The notes under the pieces were generated by a model, which searched no databases, was not told the origin of the DNA, and saw nothing but the letters and a program-made list of their open reading frames with translations. A stretch of DNA of 64,000 bases, taken from the IMG/VR virus record IMGVR_UViG_3300010883_021048, positions 9,744-73,743 of that record. One strand, 5' to 3'. Position numbers and translations under genes: made by a program. This DNA is from a virus. Each line of letters starts with the position of its first letter. Position 1 is the first letter of the stretch. Below are positions 49,129 to 58,547 of this stretch, piece by piece.

Positions 49129-49572
49129 CTATGTATTATAGCCATCCGCGTCCGCGGAATAAAAGTGCAATGCACTCGGTATTAAAAAATCTAGACATTT
49201 AGTACAAAAGTCATCCTTTGTTACCCACTTGAACCCAACATGTTCTATTATTCCTGTGTGGGGGTTGGCTATTATCATAGGTGTATTATCTGTGCTAGCG
49301 CAAAAGACCGATAATATACCACTCTTGTAAGGTAAAGAGTCAAACAACATGTCTGAGCCTTCGACAGTTATAGAGCATTCTTCAAAACACTCTCTTATCG
49401 CCGCTGTCAGTTCAGGCTCTCCAGGTTCTATTACTCCCTTTGGTATATCATATAGCCCATCTTCTCTGATCAAAGCCAGCATTAAAGGCTCTGGAGGTAC
49501 GGTAGACTCTTTTTTAAATAATAAGAATCCAGCTCCCTTCCTATGGTTACGTTTTACTTCTCCCATAATCAT
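49129..49572 (-). CDS. Nudix hydrolase
   Basis: PKGVIEPGEPELTAAIRECFEECSI Nudix box. Confidence 0.9.
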   Translation of the reverse strand: MIMGEVKRNHRKGAGFLLFKKESTVPPEPLMLALIREDGLYDIPKGVIEPGEPELTAAIRECFEECSITVEGSDMLFDSLPYKSGILSVFCASTDNTPMIIANPHTGIIEHVGFKWVTKDDFCTKCLDFLIPSALHFYSADADGYNT

Positions 49573-49897
49573 CCTCCAGTCTAACTACATCATCTAAGTA
49601 GTTGGTACTAACTTCAATTACCTTCACATATGACTTATCTGTTGCCCCAAACCGATGTATGGTACCTACCGGGATGTGTAATGATTGTCCTGGGAAAAAA
49701 CGGTGCTCAACGTCATTTTCGTCGTAGTTAATGAGCACGCCTTCTACAACATAGATTGTTTCTTCTTTTTTCTGGTGGTACTGCTTGGATAATCGTGCTC
49801 CAGGATTTATACAGATCAACTTACCAACATAGCTGTTAGTGTTTGCCCATATCTCTTCGTATCCCCACGGCTTATCTATTGTCTTTTTTTTACTCAC
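49547..49897 (-). CDS. Cupin (mannose-6-phosphate isomerase type II C-terminal-like)
   Basis: KPWGYE, LSKQYHQKKEET, IHRF, EVST...DDVVRLEDDYGR. Confidence 0.85.
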   Translation of the reverse strand: MSKKKTIDKPWGYEEIWANTNSYVGKLICINPGARLSKQYHQKKEETIYVVEGVLINYDENDVEHRFFPGQSLHIPVGTIHRFGATDKSYVKVIEVSTNYLDDVVRLEDDYGRSKT

Positions 49898-50378
49898 CTG
49901 TAGCTCCTACGAGTAATGATGAGCTTTGTACTTTACCTCCACCAACTCCTAAGACTACTTCACACCCAATCTGTTCACATGTGTTCCATTCTGGAATTAC
50001 CTTAGGATCGTCTCTGTCTCCGCCCTTGGTAAAATAATCTGGTTGAAACAGTAATATGGCTGCATCAACAGTTTGACAGCCATCATACCATTCTACGGCT
50101 AAGTCCACTCCACCGATCCCAGCGACAATCTCTAGTCTTTCTTTTGCGATCATAAATGGCTTTCCTTTTTTATCTATTAGGAATTGATCTCCGTTAACCA
50201 AGACAACAACTTTGCCGTTATTGTTTTGTGCCATTTCCGCGGTATGTTGTAGACATCTCAGGTGACCAATATGTAATGGATCAAACCCTCCTGATGTCAT
50301 ATAAATTTTATGACCAGATTCTTTCCACTCTTTTATTACTTTTATCGCTTCTGGATGAGGCTGAATTGTTGTGTCCAT
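49890..50378 (-). CDS. Cytidylyltransferase-like nucleotidyltransferase (TagD/RfaE-II/RibL family)
   Basis: SGGFDPLHIGH, KKGKPFM...ER, KGGDR, KVQSSS. Confidence 0.88.
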   Translation of the reverse strand: MDTTIQPHPEAIKVIKEWKESGHKIYMTSGGFDPLHIGHLRCLQHTAEMAQNNNGKVVVLVNGDQFLIDKKGKPFMIAKERLEIVAGIGGVDLAVEWYDGCQTVDAAILLFQPDYFTKGGDRDDPKVIPEWNTCEQIGCEVVLGVGGGKVQSSSLLVGATGE

Positions 50379-50399
50379 TTTAGTCTCCCTTCTTTCTCT

Positions 50400-52034
50400 T
50401 TATATTATACTGTTCTTAAAATCACTTGGAAAAAACTGCTTGTTCCTAGAATAGAATGTATCGAAATCTGAATCTAGAATATATGTAACAGCTGAATCGT
50501 CTTTTGATCTAACCGACCTACCTACAGATTGTACAATTGTTTTAGCGGTCTGTAAAGAATACCACCACTTCCACTTATTCATTTTTTTTCTGATCAGTTT
50601 ATCTCCAAGGTATGGGTATGGTACTTTACATATAATCTGAAACCGACTTAAGTCTCCCTTGAGGTCTATACCTTCCGACATCGACGGAGATATTAACACG
50701 GTAGCAGTCTTAGATTTCTTATGCTTCTCTAAAATTATATCCCTGTTATCTGATCCGTGGATTAGTAGCCTAGAGCTTCTTATATTATTCTTTAAAAAGT
50801 GTGCAACTTTGTAAGAGTGACAATGTATTATACCCTTATCATTCTTGTGTTGTTTTAGTATAGCTTTAACGGCATCCACCATTCTAGGTAATGTCTCACC
50901 GATGTTTGATGAATTCATCTTTCCGATGCCGCTATAAATAATGGGCCTGTTCTCTACAGGGAACGGAGACCTTAAGCTGATAAATGCGACTTGATCTGTA
51001 GGAATACCCACACACTCTATAAACGCATCTTTATCAAGGATAGTCGCACTCATCATGATCACTACATCTCCGTAGCTGTACAGCATTTCGTCTGCATATG
51101 GTGCGATGTCAATAGGCTTAAATTGAACTTTCTTACTAGTGTATTTATCACCCTCTATCTCGTTCATAATCCAATTATCTTTGTTGTATAGCTCTAGAAA
51201 TCTACGTACCTTACACACATGCTTATCTAGCATATCATATTTTTTAGCTATAGAAGCAAATTCACCACTCTTTATTTTGTCTTGTAATCCTACATACTTC
51301 TCTAGCATCTTGCTTAAGTGTTTGAGCTTTGAAGAAATTGTGGTCATGTATGTGTCACTAACCCACTGGATATATTGGAATTGTGTCATCCCGGTTGGGA
51401 GCCTAAAATTAAGAAAAGATTGACAGAACTTATCTGTTATTGTAATTTCAATAAACTTGCTAAGTTCAGAATCTATGTTATGCGCCTCATCGATAACCAT
51501 AACTTGCTTTGGTAATAGCTTACCAGAGTATTGCGTCTCCGCAAGGAAATAAGGGAAATTCGTAACTCCCTCCGAGCCGCCGATAAAGCTTTCCTTAGCC
51601 TTTCTATAGACACAATTAAATGAGCATGATTTCCAGAAGGAAGTACTCTTATCAGCTGTCTTTAAAGCCCTCAGGCTTTCCCCACATGAGGTCTTTCTAT
51701 TAAAGTTGCATGTATAGTTGGATGATGATTTAATAGACTTCATGGGACCCTTGAAGCCTCCAAAGTCTTTAACATACTGATCTTGCAAGATCTTCTGTGT
51801 TGTTAAAAAGTAAGATCCAGACTCTTTATTCGTCGGCGTTGTTGTATCATTATACAAACACCGAGCCACTGTCAATCCGATAGCGCTCTTACCGACCCCT
51901 GTACCGGCCTCAATGATTATAAACTTCTTACCCTCTTCTTTGATCGACCTAAGAGCGAAATCAATTGCCTCTTGTTGCTGGTCTCTAATAGAGGAATAAG
52001 GGAAAAACTTCTTAATATCTTGAGTCATGTACAT
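50400..52034 (-). CDS. DinG/XPD-family SF2 helicase
   Basis: FPYSSIRDQQ, EAGTGVGKS, Fe-S Cys cluster, IDEAH, MSAT, EGIDL, KVPYP, QSVGRSVRS. Confidence 0.92.
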   Translation of the reverse strand: MYMTQDIKKFFPYSSIRDQQQEAIDFALRSIKEEGKKFIIIEAGTGVGKSAIGLTVARCLYNDTTTPTNKESGSYFLTTQKILQDQYVKDFGGFKGPMKSIKSSSNYTCNFNRKTSCGESLRALKTADKSTSFWKSCSFNCVYRKAKESFIGGSEGVTNFPYFLAETQYSGKLLPKQVMVIDEAHNIDSELSKFIEITITDKFCQSFLNFRLPTGMTQFQYIQWVSDTYMTTISSKLKHLSKMLEKYVGLQDKIKSGEFASIAKKYDMLDKHVCKVRRFLELYNKDNWIMNEIEGDKYTSKKVQFKPIDIAPYADEMLYSYGDVVIMMSATILDKDAFIECVGIPTDQVAFISLRSPFPVENRPIIYSGIGKMNSSNIGETLPRMVDAVKAILKQHKNDKGIIHCHSYKVAHFLKNNIRSSRLLIHGSDNRDIILEKHKKSKTATVLISPSMSEGIDLKGDLSRFQIICKVPYPYLGDKLIRKKMNKWKWWYSLQTAKTIVQSVGRSVRSKDDSAVTYILDSDFDTFYSRNKQFFPSDFKNSII

Positions 52035-52049
52035 CTCCTAATCTTCCTA

Positions 52050-52078
52050 ATTTTAACAAGATCTTAAAAGATTTACAA
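52050..52078 (-). promoter_or_regulatory. sigma70-like promoter TTGTAA-N17-TAAAAT (extended TG)
   Basis: Upstream of the helicase gene with an AGGAG RBS. Confidence 0.6.
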
Positions 52079-52080
52079 CA

Positions 52081-52869
52081 CTAGTTATCTTTAAGAAAGT
52101 TGTTAATTAATTGTACAGTATCATTTGGCGAATTAACCATAAATGACCTATTCATAGTCGATAATTTTTCATAGATGTGCCAATCGTTGCCACCCTTCAT
52201 ACATTTATCCCCAGCAAAAAACACAGTATGTTCAGGGTAGTGTCTTAATGCGTAAGTTTTATCCCAGCCCTTAGGATATATGTCTAGACTAGTCGAGCCT
52301 CCTAACGCTATAGTAGCCTTCACACCCTTCATTGAACAGATATGTGTTATCGCTTCTGCGTAGTATTCTCTTATGTTATGTTTGTTATCTAAAGCAGTCC
52401 ACGCTTCTCGCTCATGAGCAGTTGCATTTCTTCCGATAGGACACCAATTTAAGAGTGATCCTCTATACTGCAAAAACGTGCCGGTGTAAGGGAGCTCTTC
52501 GTACATTGACATTATGATCAACTGATATGCCAAGCATCGTCTCAGTAATAAGGTGTGGTTTTGTGTACCTATTTCTTCTATCATGTTTGCACTAGATTGA
52601 AGCTTGAAGTCACCAGTACCCGTCGATACATATTTTTTCGTACCGTTGCAAGGCAGCAAGTCGATTCTATCACCGGGGATTCCTCCGGGTTTAAATGCTT
52701 CGCTCATTTGTTGCATTATATAGTCATAGTCAGATCCTGTTACTACACCAATCCTGTAATCCTTAGACAGCGTTTTTAAGGCATAGATTGTTTTTTGCTC
52801 TATTTGCCCCCTGACAGGTGTAAGCGTACCGTCCATGTCGAATAGAAATATTTTTTCTTTTGAACTCAT
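52081..52869 (-). CDS. Eukaryote-type (HAD IIB) phosphomannomutase
   Basis: FLFDMDGTLT, RGSLLNWCPIGR, GGSTSLDIYPKGWDKTY, FAGDK...GGND. Confidence 0.88.
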   Translation of the reverse strand: MSSKEKIFLFDMDGTLTPVRGQIEQKTIYALKTLSKDYRIGVVTGSDYDYIMQQMSEAFKPGGIPGDRIDLLPCNGTKKYVSTGTGDFKLQSSANMIEEIGTQNHTLLLRRCLAYQLIIMSMYEELPYTGTFLQYRGSLLNWCPIGRNATAHEREAWTALDNKHNIREYYAEAITHICSMKGVKATIALGGSTSLDIYPKGWDKTYALRHYPEHTVFFAGDKCMKGGNDWHIYEKLSTMNRSFMVNSPNDTVQLINNFLKDN

Positions 52870-52918
52870 TGTTTATCTTCCTGATAATTTATATTTAGCA
52901 TTATACGGGAGGTCTAAA

Positions 52919-53707
52919 TTGCGAAGAGTAAAGGAAAAACTCTCATCAATAATTTTTGGGTTAGTAATATTGGTTCTTACCCTAACCGGATGTCTAAACC
53001 TTAAGATCCCTGGTAAGATAATAAGAACTTCTAACAACGTTGTAATCAAAAAAGCGAATACTCTTTTCCCTATAGAGTCCTTTGTGATGATTAATCAACG
53101 CTTTTTGATAAGTCGGCAAGAATGTTTAGAGGGCGTGTGTGAAGATGTTGTGATCGGAACAAACGCGGGCAGTGGTTCTGGATTTATTGTTAAAAACTCT
53201 GCTAGCGAATCGTATATCATGACAGCAGGTCATGTATGTACACCCCCTCCCCCAAACTTTCAAGTAGATCCCGACTCAATAAGCGTAGCATACAATATAA
53301 AACTAAAGACTGGCTTTGGAAGAGAGTCAATGGGCGAAATTATAGCTATAGATTCTGTTAATGATCTTTGTCTACTTAAAGCCTCCGGCGGACTCGGGGA
53401 TGCTCTAGAAATTAGTGAGAATGATCTAATGCTACATGAGGAAGTATTTAATATGGCCAGTCCTGCGGGCCTAGCGGCGTCATTAGCTGTCCCCGTATTT
53501 GACGGATACTATGTAGGTAATATAGCCAACTTAAGTATATTTTCTATTCCAGCTGTCCCTGGTTCATCGGGATCGCCGATAATGACTGAGAACAACGAAG
53601 TAGTATCTTTAGTCTCCGCTGCAGCTATCAAATTTGATGAGTATGCAATCGGTCCTTCAACAAGATCAATAAGAGAATTCTTGCTGGCCTACTTACCCAA
53701 CGATTAG
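52919..53707 (+). CDS. Trypsin-like serine protease, probable lipoprotein
   Basis: TTG start at 52919 after GGGAGG; lipobox-like LTLTGC; GSGF, TAGHVC, DLCLL, PGSSGSP catalytic triad. Confidence 0.85.
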   Translation: MRRVKEKLSSIIFGLVILVLTLTGCLNLKIPGKIIRTSNNVVIKKANTLFPIESFVMINQRFLISRQECLEGVCEDVVIGTNAGSGSGFIVKNSASESYIMTAGHVCTPPPPNFQVDPDSISVAYNIKLKTGFGRESMGEIIAIDSVNDLCLLKASGGLGDALEISENDLMLHEEVFNMASPAGLAASLAVPVFDGYYVGNIANLSIFSIPAVPGSSGSPIMTENNEVVSLVSAAAIKFDEYAIGPSTRSIREFLLAYLPND

Positions 53708-53980
53708 TAGTCGTCTAATAATAGCTTCTTTAATCTTAGAGTCAAGTATACTTGTTAGCTTATTAGACAGATTGATTGCAAAAAGATTCGCCTCTTGCTC
53801 AGAGTTAAACTTTTGTAGACCAGAGTTGTATCCCAACTCATCACACGTTATGGTCACTGCTGTCGAGCCAAAGTCAGTAGGGTATATCTCTGTTGTAACT
53901 CTTTCGTCATTAAAATGACTAATAGGCTCGTTACCTAATGTTCTATAGTTGCTACCAATACCGTCTTCGTTAATGTTCAT
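53693..53980 (-). CDS. Hypothetical protein
   Basis: 95-aa ORF. Confidence 0.55.
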   Translation of the reverse strand: MNINEDGIGSNYRTLGNEPISHFNDERVTTEIYPTDFGSTAVTITCDELGYNSGLQKFNSEQEANLFAINLSNKLTSILDSKIKEAIIRRLLIVG

Positions 53981-53983
53981 AAG

Positions 53984-54235
53984 CTAGGGTCCTTCGTAGA
54001 CATGCTTTCTAGTTAGTGTATTGCATGTGTTATCAGTCGAAACCGTTATTGTGCTTCCGATAGATAGATGATCTATATTGATTACGTCAAACTCGAACTC
54101 TTCAGGAGGTCTATTACTCCCGCTATTATCTTTTACAAAAGAGTCTTGACATGCTTTTGCTTCACTCATACAGGAATAAACGCCTAGTATTCTAGATCCG
54201 TCCCATCCTTTTATCGTTAGTATTACTACTTCCAT
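53984..54235 (-). CDS. Hypothetical protein
   Basis: 83-aa ORF in operon-like packing. Confidence 0.55.
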   Translation of the reverse strand: MEVVILTIKGWDGSRILGVYSCMSEAKACQDSFVKDNSGSNRPPEEFEFDVINIDHLSIGSTITVSTDNTCNTLTRKHVYEGP

Positions 54236-54238
54236 TTT

Positions 54239-54538
54239 TCAAGCCTCTATGGAGTGGGAGTACGCTTCGCAGTATATTCGTATGGCTAGCTCTAGTGAGG
54301 ATATCTCTTTATCAACAGTAAAGTTATAACCCTCAACCCCCGCCTTAAATGAGCCGGAAGTTGATAAGACCGAAGCCATTCCTTTTATACTCTTTAAGAA
54401 CTTCAACCGATCTAGCATTTCACCAAGCTCAAAGCTCATATTAGCATTTAGCGCAAATTTCGCTAAGTTGTATTCTGCTTTTTCGAACGGTGTAAGATGA
54501 TCTATTGATTGGTCGATGCTACCAGATAACGTTTGCAC
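54239..54538 (-). CDS. Hypothetical protein
   Basis: 99-aa ORF, preceded by TGGTAC-N17-TATAAT (54576-54604). Confidence 0.55.
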   Translation of the reverse strand: MQTLSGSIDQSIDHLTPFEKAEYNLAKFALNANMSFELGEMLDRLKFLKSIKGMASVLSTSGSFKAGVEGYNFTVDKEISSLELAIRIYCEAYSHSIEA

Positions 54539-54614
54539 TGTGTTGATCCCGTTTTTAGAAATTTATTGAGTGTTTATTATACGTACGTATCGAGTGTTGT
54601 ACCAGCTAACAGAA

Positions 54615-55166
54615 TTATTTTGTGCGCTGTTGTAGCAGATAAGCATAGTTTTCATGAATGTCTACTAAGCCGGCCATCATATTATCCATACCATAAGTTA
54701 GCGAGTCTAAGTCTTCTAGAGCTCTTGCTGTGCCTTCACCAATGTTGACTAATTGCTTCGTATACTCTAGCGCTAAAGTAGCAATTCTTTCGGAAGCTTG
54801 TTCTGATGGTGACTCCCACTCATTGAGCATTAGCATAGCATCTTCAGTTATTCTTATAGGACATGCAATACTCTCATCCTGGTATACCCCAACGCCCTTC
54901 TCGATCACTCCGTCAATAGCATCTTGTACTTCATTGTAGATCTTTCCGTAAAGCTCTACGTGATCACCAGCGAAAGAGGGACCCTTAACAACATTGTGCG
55001 CGCCGTGCATCCACAGATGGTATGCTCTAAGAAATCCTACGTATACAGACAGGATCTCTGCCGGAGCTGGTGCTATGATATCTTCTAGAGCATTCATATC
55101 AATAGCTATTTCAATGCCTTGCTCTAACTGACTGCCACAAGAGTCACACGATTCCTTTAATCTCAT
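54615..55166 (-). CDS. Dps/ferritin-like four-helix protein
   Basis: H..AHNVVKGPSFAGDHVELY..IY.E....D.VIEK ... HE..AYLL pattern. Confidence 0.7.
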   Translation of the reverse strand: MRLKESCDSCGSQLEQGIEIAIDMNALEDIIAPAPAEILSVYVGFLRAYHLWMHGAHNVVKGPSFAGDHVELYGKIYNEVQDAIDGVIEKGVGVYQDESIACPIRITEDAMLMLNEWESPSEQASERIATLALEYTKQLVNIGEGTARALEDLDSLTYGMDNMMAGLVDIHENYAYLLQQRTK

Positions 55167-55489
55167 GAATCACCTTCCTGTTCCATTCTATTAAGTTTAT
55201 ATTCAAGGTAATGATATACCTTGCCAATGTTATCTGCAGCCACCGCGATTTTTGACTGTACCCATTCAGGAAGATCATCGTCGTCCATAAGCTTATCATG
55301 AAGTGATTGCGAATATCTAGCCAGCTTATCCAGCTGTGACTTAGTCATCCGACCTTCACCCTCACCATAGCCAAGATCTCTTCCACCTTGTCGATCTGCA
55401 GGTTCGCTGATCAAAACATCGCTAATAACATCTTCTAGAGATAGCTGCTCTTTAATAATTTTTCTTAGTTGTCTTTTTGTAATCTTCAT
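55163..55489 (-). CDS. Leader-array member 13 (MKITKRQLRKIIKEQ...)
   Basis: Start re-assigned to the ATG at 55489, 1 nt after the upstream stop; body EGRMTKSQL...LPEWVQSKIAVAAD. Confidence 0.8.
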   Translation of the reverse strand: MKITKRQLRKIIKEQLSLEDVISDVLISEPADRQGGRDLGYGEGEGRMTKSQLDKLARYSQSLHDKLMDDDDLPEWVQSKIAVAADNIGKVYHYLEYKLNRMEQEGDS

Positions 55490-55490
55490 T

Positions 55491-55874
55491 TTAATACCCG
55501 TATCCTGAATCTTTGGTATTTTCAATTTGATCGTGTATATTCTTGGCTAATTCTTCTTTGTCGGATGAATCCCAGCTTTCTAGATGATCATGTACTTCGT
55601 TCCATTTATCTAGAGCTTCTTGCCATTCTTTCTCATTGTAACTGAATGATTCGATCGACGGCTTCTCTTCTTCCAAGATCTCTGCTAGGGAAATAGCATC
55701 TGAATCAGAGAACCACTCCTTCTTTCCTTCGAAGCTTTTTTCAGTTGCGAATATTACTAGTGCAGGAATCTCAACACGGATAGGATCATGATCACCCTCA
55801 TATACATCTGTATCTGCTTCACACAGCAATGATTCTTTAATAATTCTTCTAAGTTGCCGTTTTGTAATCTTCAT
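55491..55874 (-). CDS. Leader-array member 12 (MKITKRQLRRIIKESLLCE...)
   Basis: Shared leader, acidic body. Confidence 0.8.
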   Translation of the reverse strand: MKITKRQLRRIIKESLLCEADTDVYEGDHDPIRVEIPALVIFATEKSFEGKKEWFSDSDAISLAEILEEEKPSIESFSYNEKEWQEALDKWNEVHDHLESWDSSDKEELAKNIHDQIENTKDSGYGY

Positions 55875-56665
55875 CTTCTTTCCCTTGGTAGACCATCGGT
55901 CCTGGATGAATACTTATTTACGGATGATGCAGACATCGCCGCTAGAGCCTCAGGGCTATTAGAGACATACCACGCGTCTTCGGCGTCGTCAAAGAAAACT
56001 TCTGACTCATCGATCATGACATCTAAAATGTCGAAGACTTCTTCTTTTGTAATGGCTAGACTAGGATCGATCATACCGTAATCACTAAGCTCTTCCATCA
56101 CATCTGCTGCGAGTTTTTCCCCACGAATCCCGGGCTGGCTATCTAGAATAAAAAGTACAGCATCCTGTATTTCACCAAAGCGTTCCTTCATGTTACCTTC
56201 TTTAAGAGATGTTACTTCCCTAACGATCTTCCTAAGCCGTCCTACCAACGACTCATTGACATCTTCTTCGTCGTCGTAGTTTGCGTCCGACTGTCGGGCG
56301 CGGTCTTCATTATAGTCATCGTCATCATCGGCGGCATCGATGATACCCTTTTGTAACTGATCTGGGAGCTTTGTCTGATCGCCCTTCAGCGCCGGGTCTG
56401 CGTTATACTTTACAGTCGCCTCAGCTTCGCTTTTTTTTTCGTTCATCCGCCGGCGGACTTCATTAACAACTATATCCAAAACTTCCTGATCGTCTATATT
56501 AGCTTCACCAGTTAGAATTTTAGAATAGTCAAGGGGCTCGACAAGATCTTCACCGCCAGCCCATGCATCTTCAACAGCCTCAACATCAGCTGGATGCTTG
56601 GGTAGATCAGCAGACTCTGCTTCTTCTCTAATAATTCGTAATAGCTGTCTTTTTGTAATTTTCAT
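55871..56665 (-). CDS. Leader-array member 11 (MKITKRQLLRIIREE...), with an internal second leader-like motif
   Basis: Shared leader; internal VNESLVGRLRKIVREVTSLKE. Confidence 0.8.
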   Translation of the reverse strand: MKITKRQLLRIIREEAESADLPKHPADVEAVEDAWAGGEDLVEPLDYSKILTGEANIDDQEVLDIVVNEVRRRMNEKKSEAEATVKYNADPALKGDQTKLPDQLQKGIIDAADDDDDYNEDRARQSDANYDDEEDVNESLVGRLRKIVREVTSLKEGNMKERFGEIQDAVLFILDSQPGIRGEKLAADVMEELSDYGMIDPSLAITKEEVFDILDVMIDESEVFFDDAEDAWYVSNSPEALAAMSASSVNKYSSRTDGLPRERR

Positions 56666-56684
56666 CTTATTCTTTCCTTAAATC

Positions 56685-57323
56685 TCAATCATACATTGGT
56701 GGTGGGGATCTATAAATCTTACGGTTCTTGAGTGTCTTACCAGCTCTCCTGGTTAGGAATTCTTCAAACCCTTTTCTCTTACCGTCGAGATCATCATTTG
56801 TGACATGAACTTCGTCGACCCCATGAGAAATTGACTGTGGTGGAGAAAGACGGATATAGTTCTTATACCGTTTCCAGCCTAGCGTCTTTAAATCATCTGG
56901 AGTGATTGACTCTCCCCACGCCTTGGACATGATCTCTAGCCAAGCCTTGTCGGGATCTGCAGCAATTGCGGCTGCATCTTTTTTAGATGATTCATCATGC
57001 CACGCATCGTTAAGATCCTCCATAAACTTAAAGACCGCGGTGGGATTCCAGCCTTCTGGAGTTACAGCGTCCGGACCCATCCACTTAACATCTCCAACTC
57101 TCTTAATCCAAGGTCTTATTGCGTCGAGATCGTAATATAGCTCGTCGGTATTAACTTCAGGATCAGCTAGTGCACCAGTAATATCATTAGTCAGTGCGTA
57201 ATTGGCAATCCTATTAAAGATATCAACATCCTCATATTCATTAACAATAATATCTTGCATCTCGGCTTCAACAAGAAGAGACTCTCGAATCATTTGTCTA
57301 AGCTGTCTTTTTGTAATCTTCAT
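56685..57323 (-). CDS. Leader-array member 10 (MKITKRQLRQMIRESLLVE...)
   Basis: Start re-assigned to the ATG at 57323. Confidence 0.8.
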   Translation of the reverse strand: MKITKRQLRQMIRESLLVEAEMQDIIVNEYEDVDIFNRIANYALTNDITGALADPEVNTDELYYDLDAIRPWIKRVGDVKWMGPDAVTPEGWNPTAVFKFMEDLNDAWHDESSKKDAAAIAADPDKAWLEIMSKAWGESITPDDLKTLGWKRYKNYIRLSPPQSISHGVDEVHVTNDDLDGKRKGFEEFLTRRAGKTLKNRKIYRSPPPMYD

Positions 57324-57327
57324 TTTG

Positions 57328-57750
57328 TTATTTCCTTGCCCTTTGGTCTCTAACATGTACATCAGGATTCAGACCAGATCCAATCTTATCATCTCTTACG
57401 TTCATAATTGTATCGGCGAGATATTGAAGCATAGCGTCTTCATTTTGTCCAACAACTTCTTTCTGCTTAGCAGAATAATTCGAGTCGTTATAAAAGTCCG
57501 CGTCCAGCCACATAGCTTCAGCACCAGCGTCCGGGTCACGAGAGTTATACTTCGTTGGATCATTCAGGTCCCGCCATATATTATACCCGGTCATTTCTAG
57601 AACTTTTTTATCAGCAGCCGTCAGTGCCCCAGCGGGACCAGGCTGCGGACCTTTATATCCCGGCATCGTGATCTTGTCGAATTCTTCATCAGATACTGTT
57701 GTAATAGCTTCTTTGATGATTCTTCTAAGTTGACGTCTAGTGATTTTCAT
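57328..57750 (-). CDS. Leader-array member 9 (MKITRRQLRRIIKEA...)
   Basis: Shared leader. Confidence 0.8.
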   Translation of the reverse strand: MKITRRQLRRIIKEAITTVSDEEFDKITMPGYKGPQPGPAGALTAADKKVLEMTGYNIWRDLNDPTKYNSRDPDAGAEAMWLDADFYNDSNYSAKQKEVVGQNEDAMLQYLADTIMNVRDDKIGSGLNPDVHVRDQRARK

Positions 57751-57760
57751 TCTTTAATTC

Positions 57761-58075
57761 CTATCGTAATAGTCTTAGTAGCGCAGCACCAGGTTCTGGT
57801 AATCCCAAAGATTCAAATACTTCTGCAACAGTAAGGATTAAAGCGCCGATCGATTCATCATTGGCCATCTCTTCATCTCCTAGATCTTCCATTGCATCAT
57901 TCATTGTCTGAGTGTATAGAGATTCCATGGCAGCTTTAACAGCGTCAATCTCGGTAATGTCTGAATACATACCTTGACTACGTCTTGTATTTTCTAAGGC
58001 ACCAGACCCTTGCTCAACGAGCTTGGTCTTCTCTTCTCTTATAATTCTTCTTAGTTGTCTTTTAGATATTTTCAT
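57761..58075 (-). CDS. Leader-array member 8 (MKISKRQLRRIIREEKTKLVEQ...)
   Basis: Start re-assigned to the ATG at 58075. Confidence 0.8.
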   Translation of the reverse strand: MKISKRQLRRIIREEKTKLVEQGSGALENTRRSQGMYSDITEIDAVKAAMESLYTQTMNDAMEDLGDEEMANDESIGALILTVAEVFESLGLPEPGAALLRLLR

Positions 58076-58076
58076 T

Positions 58077-58547
58077 TTAACCTTCATCCTCTAAAGCTTC
58101 CATTGCGGCCTGGAGAGCTTCTTGTATTCCAACGGCATCATCATCTTCCATCATACCAAGAACCCTACCAAGCTTATCATAAGCCATTTGAATTGCGTTA
58201 GGGTTTTGCTGATAGGCGACTTCCATAAACTCTTCACTGCCCGGAGCTGAATTATTATAGGCAGCAACGATCTCATCAACTTGACTTTGAACGGCATCAC
58301 CTAATCCCCCATACGCCTTCGCGAATTCAATAAGGTCCGATCCTGTTTCCGGCCGGTCCCCCCATTGTTCATTGAGGAGCTTGGTCTTCTCTTCTTTTAA
58401 TCGCCGCAGGCGATTCGCGCGAGATTTTCTACCGGCTCCGCCGGAGATCGATCCGCGTTTCCGGGAGGCATACGGTGTACCCTCGTTCCGAAGGCGTACC
58501 TTCTCTTCTCGGATAATACGTTGCAGCTTTTGTTTCGTGATTTTCAC
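58077..58547 (-). CDS. Leader-array member 7 (MKITKQKLQRIIREE...), with a duplicated leader
   Basis: GTG start; second copy NRLRRLKEEKTKLLNEQ. Confidence 0.8.
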   Translation of the reverse strand: MKITKQKLQRIIREEKVRLRNEGTPYASRKRGSISGGAGRKSRANRLRRLKEEKTKLLNEQWGDRPETGSDLIEFAKAYGGLGDAVQSQVDEIVAAYNNSAPGSEEFMEVAYQQNPNAIQMAYDKLGRVLGMMEDDDAVGIQEALQAAMEALEDEG

